IMG/VR virus record: IMGVR_UViG_3300037851_000125
Coordinates: 1-42,623 of that record
Direction: 5' to 3' (one strand)
DNA from: a virus
Taxonomy: Duplodnaviria; Caudoviricetes
Length of the DNA: 42,623 bases
In this document: positions 10,381 to 20,484 of the stretch, piece after piece
Layout: every line of letters begins with the position of its first letter
How positions within the stretch are numbered: the stretch's first letter is position 1
Notes under the pieces: model-generated
What the model saw: the letters and a program-made list of their open reading frames with translations, nothing else
The model's database searches: none
Told to the model about the DNA's origin: nothing
Position numbers and translations under genes: made by a program

Positions 10381-12532
10381 GAGTTAATAAAGTTCTATAT
10401 AGTCTTCTGCTTAAATATTCCTGACCACTTAAAGTATGATGTATTACTCCATCCATATAGCCGGCTGCTATTGCTGCATCATAGCGTGGGAAAATATTAG
10501 CCAAATCAATGACGCAAACATCAGTTAATTCGTCAGCTAGCTCTTTAAATACCGTATAATATTCCCGACACTTTGCCCAATAAATTAAATCTTCTCCTGG
10601 TTGTCCACTTATCAATCCTCTGGTTGTAGGCGTTAATACTATTATAGGTACAGTGGATGCTGTCCGTATATCTGTTATAATTTGAGATATATTAGCCTTT
10701 ACTTCATTTGCTGGTTTATTCCCAACAGCATCATTAGCACCAAGCATTATAATAGCAGCGTGTAAAATAGTAGCATTGCAGTAATCGCTTAGATAACTAG
10801 GGTATAGTAGACTATTAAAATTGTAAGAAGTATTACCACCATTTGAAAGGAGATGGTTAATCGTACCTGTTGAATTATTTAACTCAAATCCATAAATTTC
10901 AACGGGGCCAACTATACTATTAATTACCATGTTTCCTGAATATGCAGTTATATCCTGACTAAATACACCTAATCCAGCAGCACCATTGCAGTTGACAGAA
11001 TAAGTAGTACCGTTAATTACTACATTAAAAGACCCTTTATCGGTATTTTGAGCGTATAAAATCCGCACATTAGTGTATATATGATCGTATGGATCAACTG
11101 TCACTGTTGCACCTGTCGCAAAGCTCGCACGAAATCCATGAATCCCCCACCTTTCTTTGGATACATTATCATCTTCATTATTGGTAACTGTGCCAGTAAT
11201 AGTAATACCTAAATCGCCGTAACCATTATTTAAGACATAACTACCGGATGATAGTCTATCAAATCCTAATCCTTTTGGTTGTGCGAAAAACCTTAGTTGT
11301 TCATTTAATTTATAGGTAAAAGGCGATAAACTGTCTCCAACAGTCATATACTTAAATGTGCCTGTTTTTATTTGAGTTACAATATCATTCAGGCAATTAT
11401 CTGGGTCATAAATTAAATCTGATAGAACTTTATTTTTTAAATAACTATTTATTTTTATTTTATCTAACGCAAATTTGGCAGTATCGTAAACCAAAATATC
11501 CTTAAATGTTTGGTCATTGTCAAGTCTTCCAAAAATATTATCGCTTTGCTCAAATGCTGAGTAGGTTATGTCCCCTTCTAATGTCTGAATCATAGTTTCA
11601 CATGCAGGAAAAGGCAATGCTTTATTTAAAAGATAATTCCATTTCCAATTAATATATACCCCTCCACCTCCAATTGGATAGTTAGGTGGATTATCTGCCA
11701 ATTTTGAACCATCCATTTTTCTTGGTACAAAATAATAATGGTCGCTATGGTTAGTTATAATATCGGCTCCATATTTAATATTATAATGCAATAAATTTTG
11801 AAACCCACGCCAATTCATATTTGCAAAATTATACGATAATATGGCATGGTTTTCCCCAACTACATCAAAAAGGTGCGGATTACCGGAACATATAGGCCAA
11901 TAGTTCGTTACTAATCCGTTTTGAGTAATTTTTAATCCGAAAAATATACCATTCTGATTTGTAAGACCTCTGGTGCAACTCAGAGATGTTATGTTCCATG
12001 TGGTATAACTAAACGCTGAACTCCTTACAAACGTATCATTTACATATAGATCAGCCACTCCATCGTGAAAATTAATTCTATATTTTCTCAATATCTTAAA
12101 ATCTGTTATATCCGTAAAAGTTAAGTTTGTAGAGCCTGCATAACAATTAATACCAGTACCCTGCCGAAAATAAACCCTATGATCAATTGTTGGAGTTCCA
12201 CCTATAACACCACCGATAAACCCCCAAAAATTAGTTGTAGAACTGGAATCGGTTTGAAAGTAAACCTCAAAACTCCAATTGATAGATGAATCAATATTGA
12301 TTTGAGTTTTTAAAGGCATTGAATCAACTGTTTGGCCAGGATTAGCAACTGCGCAAAAACTATTTTTAAAAATCGCATCGTTCCCTTTACCTGAAAAATC
12401 TAAAGCATATAAACCATCTGATGAAATTACGTTATTTTCCCCTGTTTTAAATAACCATTGTACTATATCATTTTTAAACGGTATCCCTCCCTTGGCGATG
12501 CCAGCTATTGTATTAAATACTTGCCTATTCAT
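10373..12532 (-). CDS. Fibre/spike-like protein: LamG-like N-terminus plus SGNH/GDSL esterase domain
   Basis: SGNH blocks VGDSL, NGGNTS, MLGAND and DGVIHH, with a beta-rich insert after block I. Confidence 0.7.
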   Translation of the reverse strand: MNRQVFNTIAGIAKGGIPFKNDIVQWLFKTGENNVISSDGLYALDFSGKGNDAIFKNSFCAVANPGQTVDSMPLKTQINIDSSINWSFEVYFQTDSSSTTNFWGFIGGVIGGTPTIDHRVYFRQGTGINCYAGSTNLTFTDITDFKILRKYRINFHDGVADLYVNDTFVRSSAFSYTTWNITSLSCTRGLTNQNGIFFGLKITQNGLVTNYWPICSGNPHLFDVVGENHAILSYNFANMNWRGFQNLLHYNIKYGADIITNHSDHYYFVPRKMDGSKLADNPPNYPIGGGGVYINWKWNYLLNKALPFPACETMIQTLEGDITYSAFEQSDNIFGRLDNDQTFKDILVYDTAKFALDKIKINSYLKNKVLSDLIYDPDNCLNDIVTQIKTGTFKYMTVGDSLSPFTYKLNEQLRFFAQPKGLGFDRLSSGSYVLNNGYGDLGITITGTVTNNEDDNVSKERWGIHGFRASFATGATVTVDPYDHIYTNVRILYAQNTDKGSFNVVINGTTYSVNCNGAAGLGVFSQDITAYSGNMVINSIVGPVEIYGFELNNSTGTINHLLSNGGNTSYNFNSLLYPSYLSDYCNATILHAAIIMLGANDAVGNKPANEVKANISQIITDIRTASTVPIIVLTPTTRGLISGQPGEDLIYWAKCREYYTVFKELADELTDVCVIDLANIFPRYDAAIAAGYMDGVIHHTLSGQEYLSRRLYRTLLTQI

Positions 12533-13134
12533 TACTGACCTAAATTAGTTATTGAATAATACACTCCTAAAGTATCCTTCCAGAATACATACCTGTCAGT
12601 ATCCCCTGATGTTGTTGAAGCATCATCCGATTTAGGGTCTTTTGTTGCTCCAGTTACTGTGATGGTATTGCCATCCACTACAATAGAAAGTATTGCAGTT
12701 CCACCAATTATTTCGTTTGTTACTGTTAGCGTAAGTTCTCCAGTTTGAGTATATGTATTATACACGGTTACGTTTGAATTATTTAACAATATTCCTGTAG
12801 TTGGAGAAAAGGTAATCCCAATTTTTGGAACGCTTCCAGGATACATACTATCTATATATAATAATCCTTTAGAACATTGTAAATTTACAACACTTATAGC
12901 ATTGGAATTTGTATCTATAACCAACCCACTTGGCATATTTACTCCAAATGTAACAGTTCTTCCACCAGTTCCATCTTGTATAAATATTAAAGTATATTTA
13001 GAACCATCTATTATATCTTTATCTGCGTATACATACACGTTATTAGTTAAAAATATTTCAATAACCGGAGAATCCCCGAAAGGAAGTTCTATATTGCTAT
13101 TACTAGAACTATTTACTTTAATTATATTAGTCAT
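12532..13134 (-). CDS. Small fibre-associated beta protein
   Basis: YTLIFIQDGTGGRTVTF motif typical of phage fibre domains; coupled to the SGNH gene. Confidence 0.5.
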   Translation of the reverse strand: MTNIIKVNSSSNSNIELPFGDSPVIEIFLTNNVYVYADKDIIDGSKYTLIFIQDGTGGRTVTFGVNMPSGLVIDTNSNAISVVNLQCSKGLLYIDSMYPGSVPKIGITFSPTTGILLNNSNVTVYNTYTQTGELTLTVTNEIIGGTAILSIVVDGNTITVTGATKDPKSDDASTTSGDTDRYVFWKDTLGVYYSITNLGQ

Positions 13135-13179
13135 TTTCTATAATTTATTAATTACAAATATATAATATTTAAAAATAAA

Positions 13180-13207
13180 AAAGGAGAATAAATCAATATT
13201 CTCCTTT
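13180..13207 (-). terminator. Intrinsic terminator after the auxiliary capsid gene
   Basis: AAAGGAGAATA / TATTCTCCTTT stem with a T-run on the minus strand. Confidence 0.75.
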
Positions 13208-13235
13208 CTAATATAACATAATTTACTTAACTTAA

Positions 13236-14822
13236 TTAGGATACGGCAGTAATTGCTAAAACAGTTTCTAATTCTTCATAAGAAAGAGAGCTTGGAGTAT
13301 AAACTTCCAAAGTAATTGGCTGTTTAACAGACTGCCCAATAGAAGCAGCTACACCACTTTCTCTATTAAAAGTAATATATAAAGTATCCCATTTCAAAGA
13401 AGCTGCGCTATATGTCTGTCCTTTAGCGTAAGTTAAAGCATCAGTAGCATAAACAGTGGGAGGATAAGCTGAAATAAATTCCCTACCTTTCTTAAATCCA
13501 CCGTTATTTTCAATAACTGCTACAGATTCTAACATACCAGAACCTTCTTTAGCTGCAACGGCTTCAGTAATAGTAGATGTTGCTGTATTAGCAGTTAAAT
13601 TCTTTAAAGAAGCTTTAAACCTTACTTTACGGAATAAGTCGGTAGCAGGATTAAATTGGTCAATAGTTTGAGGCAATCCATTAATTTTAATACCCCAAGC
13701 TGTTACAGATGATACTACACCAGTGTGTGTTGCAGCAGTAGTCCCACCAATAACATAACCAGTTTCTCCCTGCCAAGGAATATCTAATGTGAAACTAGCA
13801 GCAGATGAAGCAGCAGTAGCAGCAACGTATCTAACTGGAGCAGTATTGCCGGAAGCAATAGTTACAGTTACATTGGTAAATGAAGAATCATCGGCAGTAT
13901 ACCACACTACAGGAGGCAGAGCATAAAAATTAGGTTTATAAGCAATAGTTACTGTAGACGTAGCAGCAGTAGCACTAGCTTGAGTACCAGCATTAATAGC
14001 AGCAGCAATAGCTGTAGCGTTTTGATCTGCTGAACCAGCATCTGCAACATCATAAGATGTAGCACCAATATAAATTATATGTCTACCAGCACCAGTACCT
14101 AAAATATTAGCTGTAAAAGTAAAAGTACGACCTAAAGTTGAAGGTACTCCATAAATATCTCCTACAGAAGTACTCATAGTAGATGCAGTCAATGTAGCAT
14201 CTCCAGCAGCAGCTTTAATATAAGTAGATACTAAAGTAGAACCTTTAGTAAATTTAAGTAATGTACCAGTACCAGTAAAATCAGCCAAAGTTCCATTAGA
14301 TGTTCTGTTAAACTCTAAAGTACCAGCAGCAGCCCTAGGAGCTTTGAAATTACTAATAGCATTATTGACAATACCCTTTACCAAATCTGCCTCAGTAGCA
14401 GCTTGGGTTGTATACACAGGATCTTTAATAATAGACGATGAGTTATAATAACCCATAGTATTAATCAAATCAAGTGATAATTTCCAGGTACTACCTGAAG
14501 TTACAGTACTAAGTGATCCACCAGCAGAAGTAGGATCATAACCAATTACAGTTACTTGTTCCTGAGCCTGTTCAAAGTTTTTAGCTCCCTTAGAAACAAT
14601 TTCTGCATATTTAAACCTTGGGCTAAACACTGGCCCATTGGCAGTTTTCTTAACTATACGATACTCATCAGTAGTAGCTGCAATACTGGAAGTCTGAACT
14701 GTACCAGCTTCATTTACTATAGCTACAGATCCCACAGGAAGTGTATCTACAGTAGTATTGCTATTACGAGTAGCATAGCCTACAAAGGGATAATTTACCC
14801 CAGAAGTTTCATTAACAATCAT
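13236..14822 (-). CDS. Auxiliary capsid/major structural protein
   Basis: 528 aa, Ala/Thr-rich, third gene after MCP and followed by a terminator; AQEQVTVIGY and EGSG motifs. Confidence 0.55.
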   Translation of the reverse strand: MIVNETSGVNYPFVGYATRNSNTTVDTLPVGSVAIVNEAGTVQTSSIAATTDEYRIVKKTANGPVFSPRFKYAEIVSKGAKNFEQAQEQVTVIGYDPTSAGGSLSTVTSGSTWKLSLDLINTMGYYNSSSIIKDPVYTTQAATEADLVKGIVNNAISNFKAPRAAAGTLEFNRTSNGTLADFTGTGTLLKFTKGSTLVSTYIKAAAGDATLTASTMSTSVGDIYGVPSTLGRTFTFTANILGTGAGRHIIYIGATSYDVADAGSADQNATAIAAAINAGTQASATAATSTVTIAYKPNFYALPPVVWYTADDSSFTNVTVTIASGNTAPVRYVAATAASSAASFTLDIPWQGETGYVIGGTTAATHTGVVSSVTAWGIKINGLPQTIDQFNPATDLFRKVRFKASLKNLTANTATSTITEAVAAKEGSGMLESVAVIENNGGFKKGREFISAYPPTVYATDALTYAKGQTYSAASLKWDTLYITFNRESGVAASIGQSVKQPITLEVYTPSSLSYEELETVLAITAVS

Positions 14823-14851
14823 TTTTTAAAAGTATTAAATTAAACAATATT

Positions 14852-15634
14852 TTACGAATTTTCTTGCATCTTTTGTAACTGTAAAGCCATCTGGTCTTTA
14901 TTAGTTGCTTTTGCTAAAGCTGCTGCTTCTTGCACAATTTTCCTGTGTAAAGACACATGTAATTTACAATCTATACCATAAGTTAATACAGAATTACCAT
15001 CTGGATTAGTTCCTGTATTTAAATTATACCCCTCTATAGTCATAGCACTTGTATATCCAGAATAAGGTACTATAATGGGATAAGGTTTTTTAATGTAACC
15101 ACAATAATAACTTTGCAAGTTTGTACCATTTGTGATTACTATAACACTATCATTTTTATAAGGAAGTTGCCAGAATATTATCTTATTTGGGTTTTTGTAT
15201 GGATTATCTGTATTTGCAGACACGTAATCCTCTTCAACCTCTTTAATTTTAACATTTGTTAGAGAAACTGCTCCTAAAGTAGCATTCCCACGTTGTTCAA
15301 AGAAAAATAAAGGTCTGTATACAAATCCATTTACAGTTTGATTTAACCCCGACCTATCTACTCTAAATGAGTTTTGATACCCTGTAAGACTTAAAGCATT
15401 ATATATACTTCCTAAATTTATAATACCATATTCTTTTAATTGAGATAATGCGATTCTGTTAAAAGTATCTTTATCTACTCCCTCACCACATAACTCAAGT
15501 ACTAACTTTTCCTGGGCTTGGGTTAATAAAACTGACCATTCTCTAGGAGTAAAGCCTGGTGCATCAGCACTAGCCATACTCTCATAGAGAACTTTAGCCT
15601 CATACATCATCTCACTGGCTGTCAAACCTGCCAT
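14852..15634 (-). CDS. Head-tail ring protein
   Basis: APGFTPREWSVLLTQAQ, YIKKPYPII and CKLHVSLHRKIV motifs; crAss synteny downstream of MCP. Confidence 0.7.
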   Translation of the reverse strand: MAGLTASEMMYEAKVLYESMASADAPGFTPREWSVLLTQAQEKLVLELCGEGVDKDTFNRIALSQLKEYGIINLGSIYNALSLTGYQNSFRVDRSGLNQTVNGFVYRPLFFFEQRGNATLGAVSLTNVKIKEVEEDYVSANTDNPYKNPNKIIFWQLPYKNDSVIVITNGTNLQSYYCGYIKKPYPIIVPYSGYTSAMTIEGYNLNTGTNPDGNSVLTYGIDCKLHVSLHRKIVQEAAALAKATNKDQMALQLQKMQENS

Positions 15635-16605
15635 TATTTATAGTTTTGTTTTATTAAAGCTTCAATCTTTAAATACTCATCTCCCCTATCATCCCTAAGC
15701 TTTACAAGATGTTCATATATTTGTTTGTATGTATATGTAGCATCAGTACCCTCATATTTAAACATTCCTGTACTAGTTTTATAGATTATACCAGTTTTAA
15801 TTGCTTTATAAAGAAGTAATTTGTTAGCGTACTCTTCTTTATCTTTTACTAAGTTAAAGATTAACTCTTTAGCTGTTTTATCTTTTAATAGTTTAGCAAT
15901 TTCAAGTTTAAAATAGCTTTCAGTAGCATCTTGAGGAATTTGTTTATTAGATTTACTATCTAATAAATATAATGCTATAAATTCTCTCATTTTCTTTTCA
16001 GAGTTTACAATACTAGCAATAAAAGCACTTATTGTGAAATCTTTATCAACATCTTCAAGCATGAGATTGTTTTCATAATCTGCATCAACCAACATAAACT
16101 TATGATGTGTCATTGGAGCCATTCCTTGTGGACAAGTAAAAGCTTGTAATTTAGCTACTTTATATTCTAAGTTTTGTCTTGGATTAGATAAATCCATTTC
16201 ATAACCATTATCTTTAATAAATTGTGTAGCTTCAAACTTCACCTTAAACCTACTCCAGAAAGATACTGTTCTTTTATCTTCAGTAAGCATCTCAATGTGA
16301 GTATTTAGATCATCTTTAAATATGTGTTCAAAGAACTTTTGCTCTTCCTCATTTTTAAAGGGATTTACTAATTGCCCCCTTCCGCCTTTCTCATAAGGTA
16401 CTGAAGGTAGTTGCATAACAACCTGTGCCCCTTCAATCATTTTGTACATTTTACTCTTAGGATCTTGTACCATAGCTGTAGGTCTTGCATGAAGTTTAAG
16501 ATACACTTTCCTATCTTCAAGATAACCCTTACTAAGTGCCCAACCTATTGAAAATTTTTCTTCCTCTTTTTTTACTTCCTCTTTTACTTCTAAAATGTCT
16601 GCCAT
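15634..16605 (-). CDS. Conserved crAss-like protein downstream of MCP
   Basis: 323 aa with MDLSNPRQNLEYK motif; synteny. Confidence 0.65.
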   Translation of the reverse strand: MADILEVKEEVKKEEEKFSIGWALSKGYLEDRKVYLKLHARPTAMVQDPKSKMYKMIEGAQVVMQLPSVPYEKGGRGQLVNPFKNEEEQKFFEHIFKDDLNTHIEMLTEDKRTVSFWSRFKVKFEATQFIKDNGYEMDLSNPRQNLEYKVAKLQAFTCPQGMAPMTHHKFMLVDADYENNLMLEDVDKDFTISAFIASIVNSEKKMREFIALYLLDSKSNKQIPQDATESYFKLEIAKLLKDKTAKELIFNLVKDKEEYANKLLLYKAIKTGIIYKTSTGMFKYEGTDATYTYKQIYEHLVKLRDDRGDEYLKIEALIKQNYK

Positions 16606-16632
16606 ATAAATTTTTTTAAGTTAATAAATAAA

Positions 16633-16658
16633 TGTAGGGGAAAATTAATTCCCCCACA
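16633..16658 (-). terminator. Terminator-like hairpin after MCP
   Basis: GGGGAA / TTCCCC stem with a T-rich tail on the minus strand. Confidence 0.55.
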
Positions 16659-16675
16659 AATATAGTAAATTATTT

Positions 16676-18187
16676 TTAAGCTTGGTAATCTGCCGGAATA
16701 ATTCTTGCTACACGCATAGGATTATTTATTTTAATACCAACAGCAGGACAATACCAAAGTACTTTATATCCATCAATAGGACTAGATACCTGAATAGGTG
16801 AATTGCTGTCTAAGTTACCTGTTGGATTAAAAGGACTTCTCATACCTTGTATATAAGTAAATACTTCAGGAGTATCTTTTACTTTTACAATCTGGATATT
16901 AGGTTGTGCTGAAGTACCAATATCAAGTACGTCAAATATACGTGAACTATATAAACCTCCTCTAGGGTGACGTTTAACATTTGGTAATACATCTTTGCTA
17001 CCATCAACCATAACTTTTACAGTTACGTTGTTAGGGAAACTATAAGAAAATACCTGACCTTCACGAGCATTGATAGAGCCATCAGAATTAATATTCTTCA
17101 TATTAAAATCAGAACGGAACCAGTTCAATCCACCAAATTTAGTTAAAGCTGCACGAGAGAAATCAACAGCACCCCAAGCACCACAAGTAAGTAACCATTC
17201 AGTTGAAGCAGAAGTCATTTTACCTACAGAGAAGTCCATAATAAACTCAAACAACATGTCTAAGTTAAAATCATTATAGGTTAAAATGTTACCCATTTCC
17301 ATCTGTTCATACATACCAAAACCAGCACGTATTACATTACCACTTAAACCATAAGCATTATAGTTACCATCAGGCCCTTTAGTAGATTTGCCGTACATTA
17401 ACAATTTAGCTTTATCTTGCATACATTGTACACGGAAATCATAGGATAATTTGTCAATCCACCTTGTTTTCATTTGACCATCACTGGTTTTGAAAGCATA
17501 AGCTAAAGGTTTATTTTTGCCAGCATTGATCATACTTCCAGGCACTTCATATTCTTTACGGATACCACTTAAAGTATTTTCAAGCATGAAAGGACTAGCG
17601 TGCATAATATCAGTACCTTTGCTAGATAAGGTTTGTTCAACCAATCCATACATGTAACTGAACAACTGTCCACCAATTAAGTCATTATAAGGAGCATAAG
17701 CAGCAGGATCTGGATTATGTAATACTACACCGTATCTATAAAGATCACCTACTTTGGCAGGATTACCTTTAACACGGTACTGATAATATTCTGGATTTTG
17801 TCCGGCTAATATAGCAGGTTCTCCAGGAAATAAATCCTCATTAAACCAAAGGTAAAATATCTGTCCATTTTTTCCAAAAGTATCTGTTGAAGTTACAGAT
17901 GTAGAACCTGCTTCATCAGAAGTACATTTTACAAGAGCAAGAGGGCGTTCTGTAGCTCCATACACCATCCAGCGATAAGGCCCATCCTGATTTAATTCAT
18001 AAACAGGAAATTTGTTCATTAAAGCAACCACATTATTAGAACCTTGATCTAATTCAAACAAATTCTCAATTACGGAATTTATTATTTCAGGTTCTTGCAT
18101 ACCAAGCCACCCCAAGTGATCGGGAGTGGTTAAGCCACGCCAGTTTTTTTGTTCTACTATCTGTAGACCACCAGGTAATTTTTGCAT
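16676..18187 (-). CDS. Major capsid protein (crAss-like)
   Basis: 503 aa; WRGLTTPDHLG N-terminus, VEQTLS..G, IRAGFGMYEQM, GMRSPF; position after portal and scaffold-like genes. Confidence 0.9.
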   Translation of the reverse strand: MQKLPGGLQIVEQKNWRGLTTPDHLGWLGMQEPEIINSVIENLFELDQGSNNVVALMNKFPVYELNQDGPYRWMVYGATERPLALVKCTSDEAGSTSVTSTDTFGKNGQIFYLWFNEDLFPGEPAILAGQNPEYYQYRVKGNPAKVGDLYRYGVVLHNPDPAAYAPYNDLIGGQLFSYMYGLVEQTLSSKGTDIMHASPFMLENTLSGIRKEYEVPGSMINAGKNKPLAYAFKTSDGQMKTRWIDKLSYDFRVQCMQDKAKLLMYGKSTKGPDGNYNAYGLSGNVIRAGFGMYEQMEMGNILTYNDFNLDMLFEFIMDFSVGKMTSASTEWLLTCGAWGAVDFSRAALTKFGGLNWFRSDFNMKNINSDGSINAREGQVFSYSFPNNVTVKVMVDGSKDVLPNVKRHPRGGLYSSRIFDVLDIGTSAQPNIQIVKVKDTPEVFTYIQGMRSPFNPTGNLDSNSPIQVSSPIDGYKVLWYCPAVGIKINNPMRVARIIPADYQA

Positions 18188-18208
18188 ATTATATTCAATT
18201 TAAAAATG

Positions 18209-19483
18209 TTATTTCAATCCAAATGCTTCCTTCATCTCCTTCAAGTTATTGGCAGTCTTATCAGTTATCCCTTCAAATCCCCTTGTAGATTGTAATTGTG
18301 CAACATCTAAAGCCACACCTAAATTATTTCTACCACTATCCAACTTTTCCTTCAAATTTTGCAGTGCTTTCTTTTCAGCAGTTTTAGTACTTGTAACAGC
18401 TTTACCAAACAAAGTACCATTCTTAATATGATATGCTATAGCTAACTGAAATTTTAAAGGATCTTTAAAGTATTCATTCCAAACCGCATTTACAGGTTTT
18501 CCATTAGCATCCTGAGTTACAGCTTTCATTACCATATTCTCAAGTTCATTTTTTTGTACTTTTGTAAGTTTAGCATCTGGAAAAATATCTTGTATATTCT
18601 CCACCATTTGTTTAAACTTAACCTGTTGCTGCTTATAGTTCTGCTCGGCAGCTAATTTAGCATCTGTAGCTGCTTTTGCTTCTGCTTCCATTTCATCTTT
18701 GTTGATCTTTAGTAGTTTTATTTTAGCTTGCTTTGCTGCTTCAATATCCTTACCAGTATCAATCTTTGCTTCAACCAACCCTTTAATTTCATCCTCATCC
18801 ATTAAAGGAGATGTTTTCTTATAGTATTGGGTAAGTAGTAACCTCCTCATTTCAAGATTTTCGTCACCCTCAATCTCTGCATCAGTTAACTTCTCCAGTT
18901 TAAATTGGGTACTTGCTAACCTATTTACAGTTTCAGAGTCTACTCCAAGATCCCTGAGCTTAATATACGTCTGTATATCTTCCTCAAGATTGTTAACTAT
19001 ATACTCTTTTTCTTTATATAAATTATCTTCTAAAACTTTAGCTAAAGCTTCGTACTCATCACCAGTTTCCTCAACAAGTTTTTGATAAGCGTCTTCTTCA
19101 ACTAGTTCAGAGATAAGCCCACGCTCCAACAGGTCTTTGGCAAGACTAAAAGTAACTAAGGAAGAAGGAGTGTTTTCAGTATTCTGAGGAGCGTGGGGTT
19201 CTCCAGTTTTATCAGCAACACTCTGTTTAGTTTCCTTTTTACTACCTTCATCAGTCTGTAAAGAACTGTCTAAAAATTTATTAATATCAAAGTTTTCTTC
19301 TTTCTTACCTGGAGGAGTCACTTGCTTACCATCATCAATAGTATCCTGTATAGGATCTGTATCGTTTGGTGGATTACTTCCTCCAGAACCTCCTGTGGGA
19401 TCTCCCCCACTTAATAACGCATTAACATCAAAGTCTAACATTGATGTTAAATCTTCCTGTAAATTACTTCCTTCTTTTGCCAT
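18209..19483 (-). CDS. Acidic scaffold-like protein upstream of MCP
   Basis: 424 aa; disordered acidic N-terminus and helical/coiled-coil remainder. Confidence 0.65.
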   Translation of the reverse strand: MAKEGSNLQEDLTSMLDFDVNALLSGGDPTGGSGGSNPPNDTDPIQDTIDDGKQVTPPGKKEENFDINKFLDSSLQTDEGSKKETKQSVADKTGEPHAPQNTENTPSSLVTFSLAKDLLERGLISELVEEDAYQKLVEETGDEYEALAKVLEDNLYKEKEYIVNNLEEDIQTYIKLRDLGVDSETVNRLASTQFKLEKLTDAEIEGDENLEMRRLLLTQYYKKTSPLMDEDEIKGLVEAKIDTGKDIEAAKQAKIKLLKINKDEMEAEAKAATDAKLAAEQNYKQQQVKFKQMVENIQDIFPDAKLTKVQKNELENMVMKAVTQDANGKPVNAVWNEYFKDPLKFQLAIAYHIKNGTLFGKAVTSTKTAEKKALQNLKEKLDSGRNNLGVALDVAQLQSTRGFEGITDKTANNLKEMKEAFGLK

Positions 19484-19575
19484 AGATTAATTTTAATTCA
19501 AATATAAATCATTAGTTTGGTTAATAAAAATTATTAGACTCATCTTACGTGTCTACTATAACTTAATTTATCTTT

Positions 19576-20076
19576 TTACCCTTCCAGTAACTCTTCAACA
19601 TACTCTTCAAAGAGTTGAATACCTATCTTATCTTCCCCACATTTATCCAACTTATCTAATAAACTTATAAATTTAGATACTTCTTCAATCTGTTCCAACA
19701 AAAACCACTGACTCCAAGCGCAACTTGTATAATCTTTGTCTTCCTCACACTGCTTATAGATAGCTTTCCATTGAGATTCTACCACATCTTCATGCTCCAA
19801 TCCCATTTGATAAACTTCTTTAAGAGATCCATAATCTCTTTTTTGCGCATCTGCCATAGGAGTTTCTGGTAAATAATCTCTGTCCTGTAAATAACTATAT
19901 ATCTTATCTTGGTGGATTATTTCTTCTTCACCGTATTTTTTAAATAATTTGGCTGAAGCAAAGTATCCTTCATAATCACACCACTCGCCAACAGCCCTGT
20001 ATAATCTTGAGCTATCAAGTTCATTCTTTATTTGCTTATTTAGTAACTGTACTAATTTTGGTGATAATCTTTCCAT
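19576..20076 (-). CDS. Non-haem ferritin (FtnA-like)
   Basis: LNKQIKNE..S..Y, EEEIIH, LEHE and QWFLLEQIEE ferroxidase-centre pattern; 166 aa. Confidence 0.85.
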   Translation of the reverse strand: MERLSPKLVQLLNKQIKNELDSSRLYRAVGEWCDYEGYFASAKLFKKYGEEEIIHQDKIYSYLQDRDYLPETPMADAQKRDYGSLKEVYQMGLEHEDVVESQWKAIYKQCEEDKDYTSCAWSQWFLLEQIEEVSKFISLLDKLDKCGEDKIGIQLFEEYVEELLEG

Positions 20077-20426
20077 TATTTTAATTTATAATTTTTAGAC
20101 ATTAATATGAATCTAGTAAACTCAAAGAATATAGCATATACTACAAAACATCCTATAAGATGTGTACCGATTGAGAATGTTTGCCACCCATAATAAATAC
20201 CTATAAATGCTGAACTTAACATTATAGTATTACTTAAATGCCAAGCATCTGATATACATACCAAAGAATACATAAATATATTCCAAGTATGATATTTCTT
20301 TTCTGCAACTCTAATATCCCAAAACTTAGAGCCTTTGAACTTTGAAAATATAGAATTATCAAACTGATCTACTTTTAAGCAGTCTGAAAAAGCTTTGAAT
20401 ATTGCTATTAAAATGATATATATCAT
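20076..20426 (-). CDS. Membrane protein
   Basis: Several hydrophobic segments and an SDAWHL motif. Confidence 0.6.
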   Translation of the reverse strand: MIYIILIAIFKAFSDCLKVDQFDNSIFSKFKGSKFWDIRVAEKKYHTWNIFMYSLVCISDAWHLSNTIMLSSAFIGIYYGWQTFSIGTHLIGCFVVYAIFFEFTRFILMSKNYKLK

Positions 20427-20453
20427 ATTATTTTTTGTTACTTGACAAATCTT

Positions 20454-20484
20454 GTAATCTGTGTTTTGTCATGAATTTAAATTT
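20454..20484. repeat. 31-bp direct repeat, copy 2
   Basis: Identical to 10350-10380. Confidence 0.9.
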
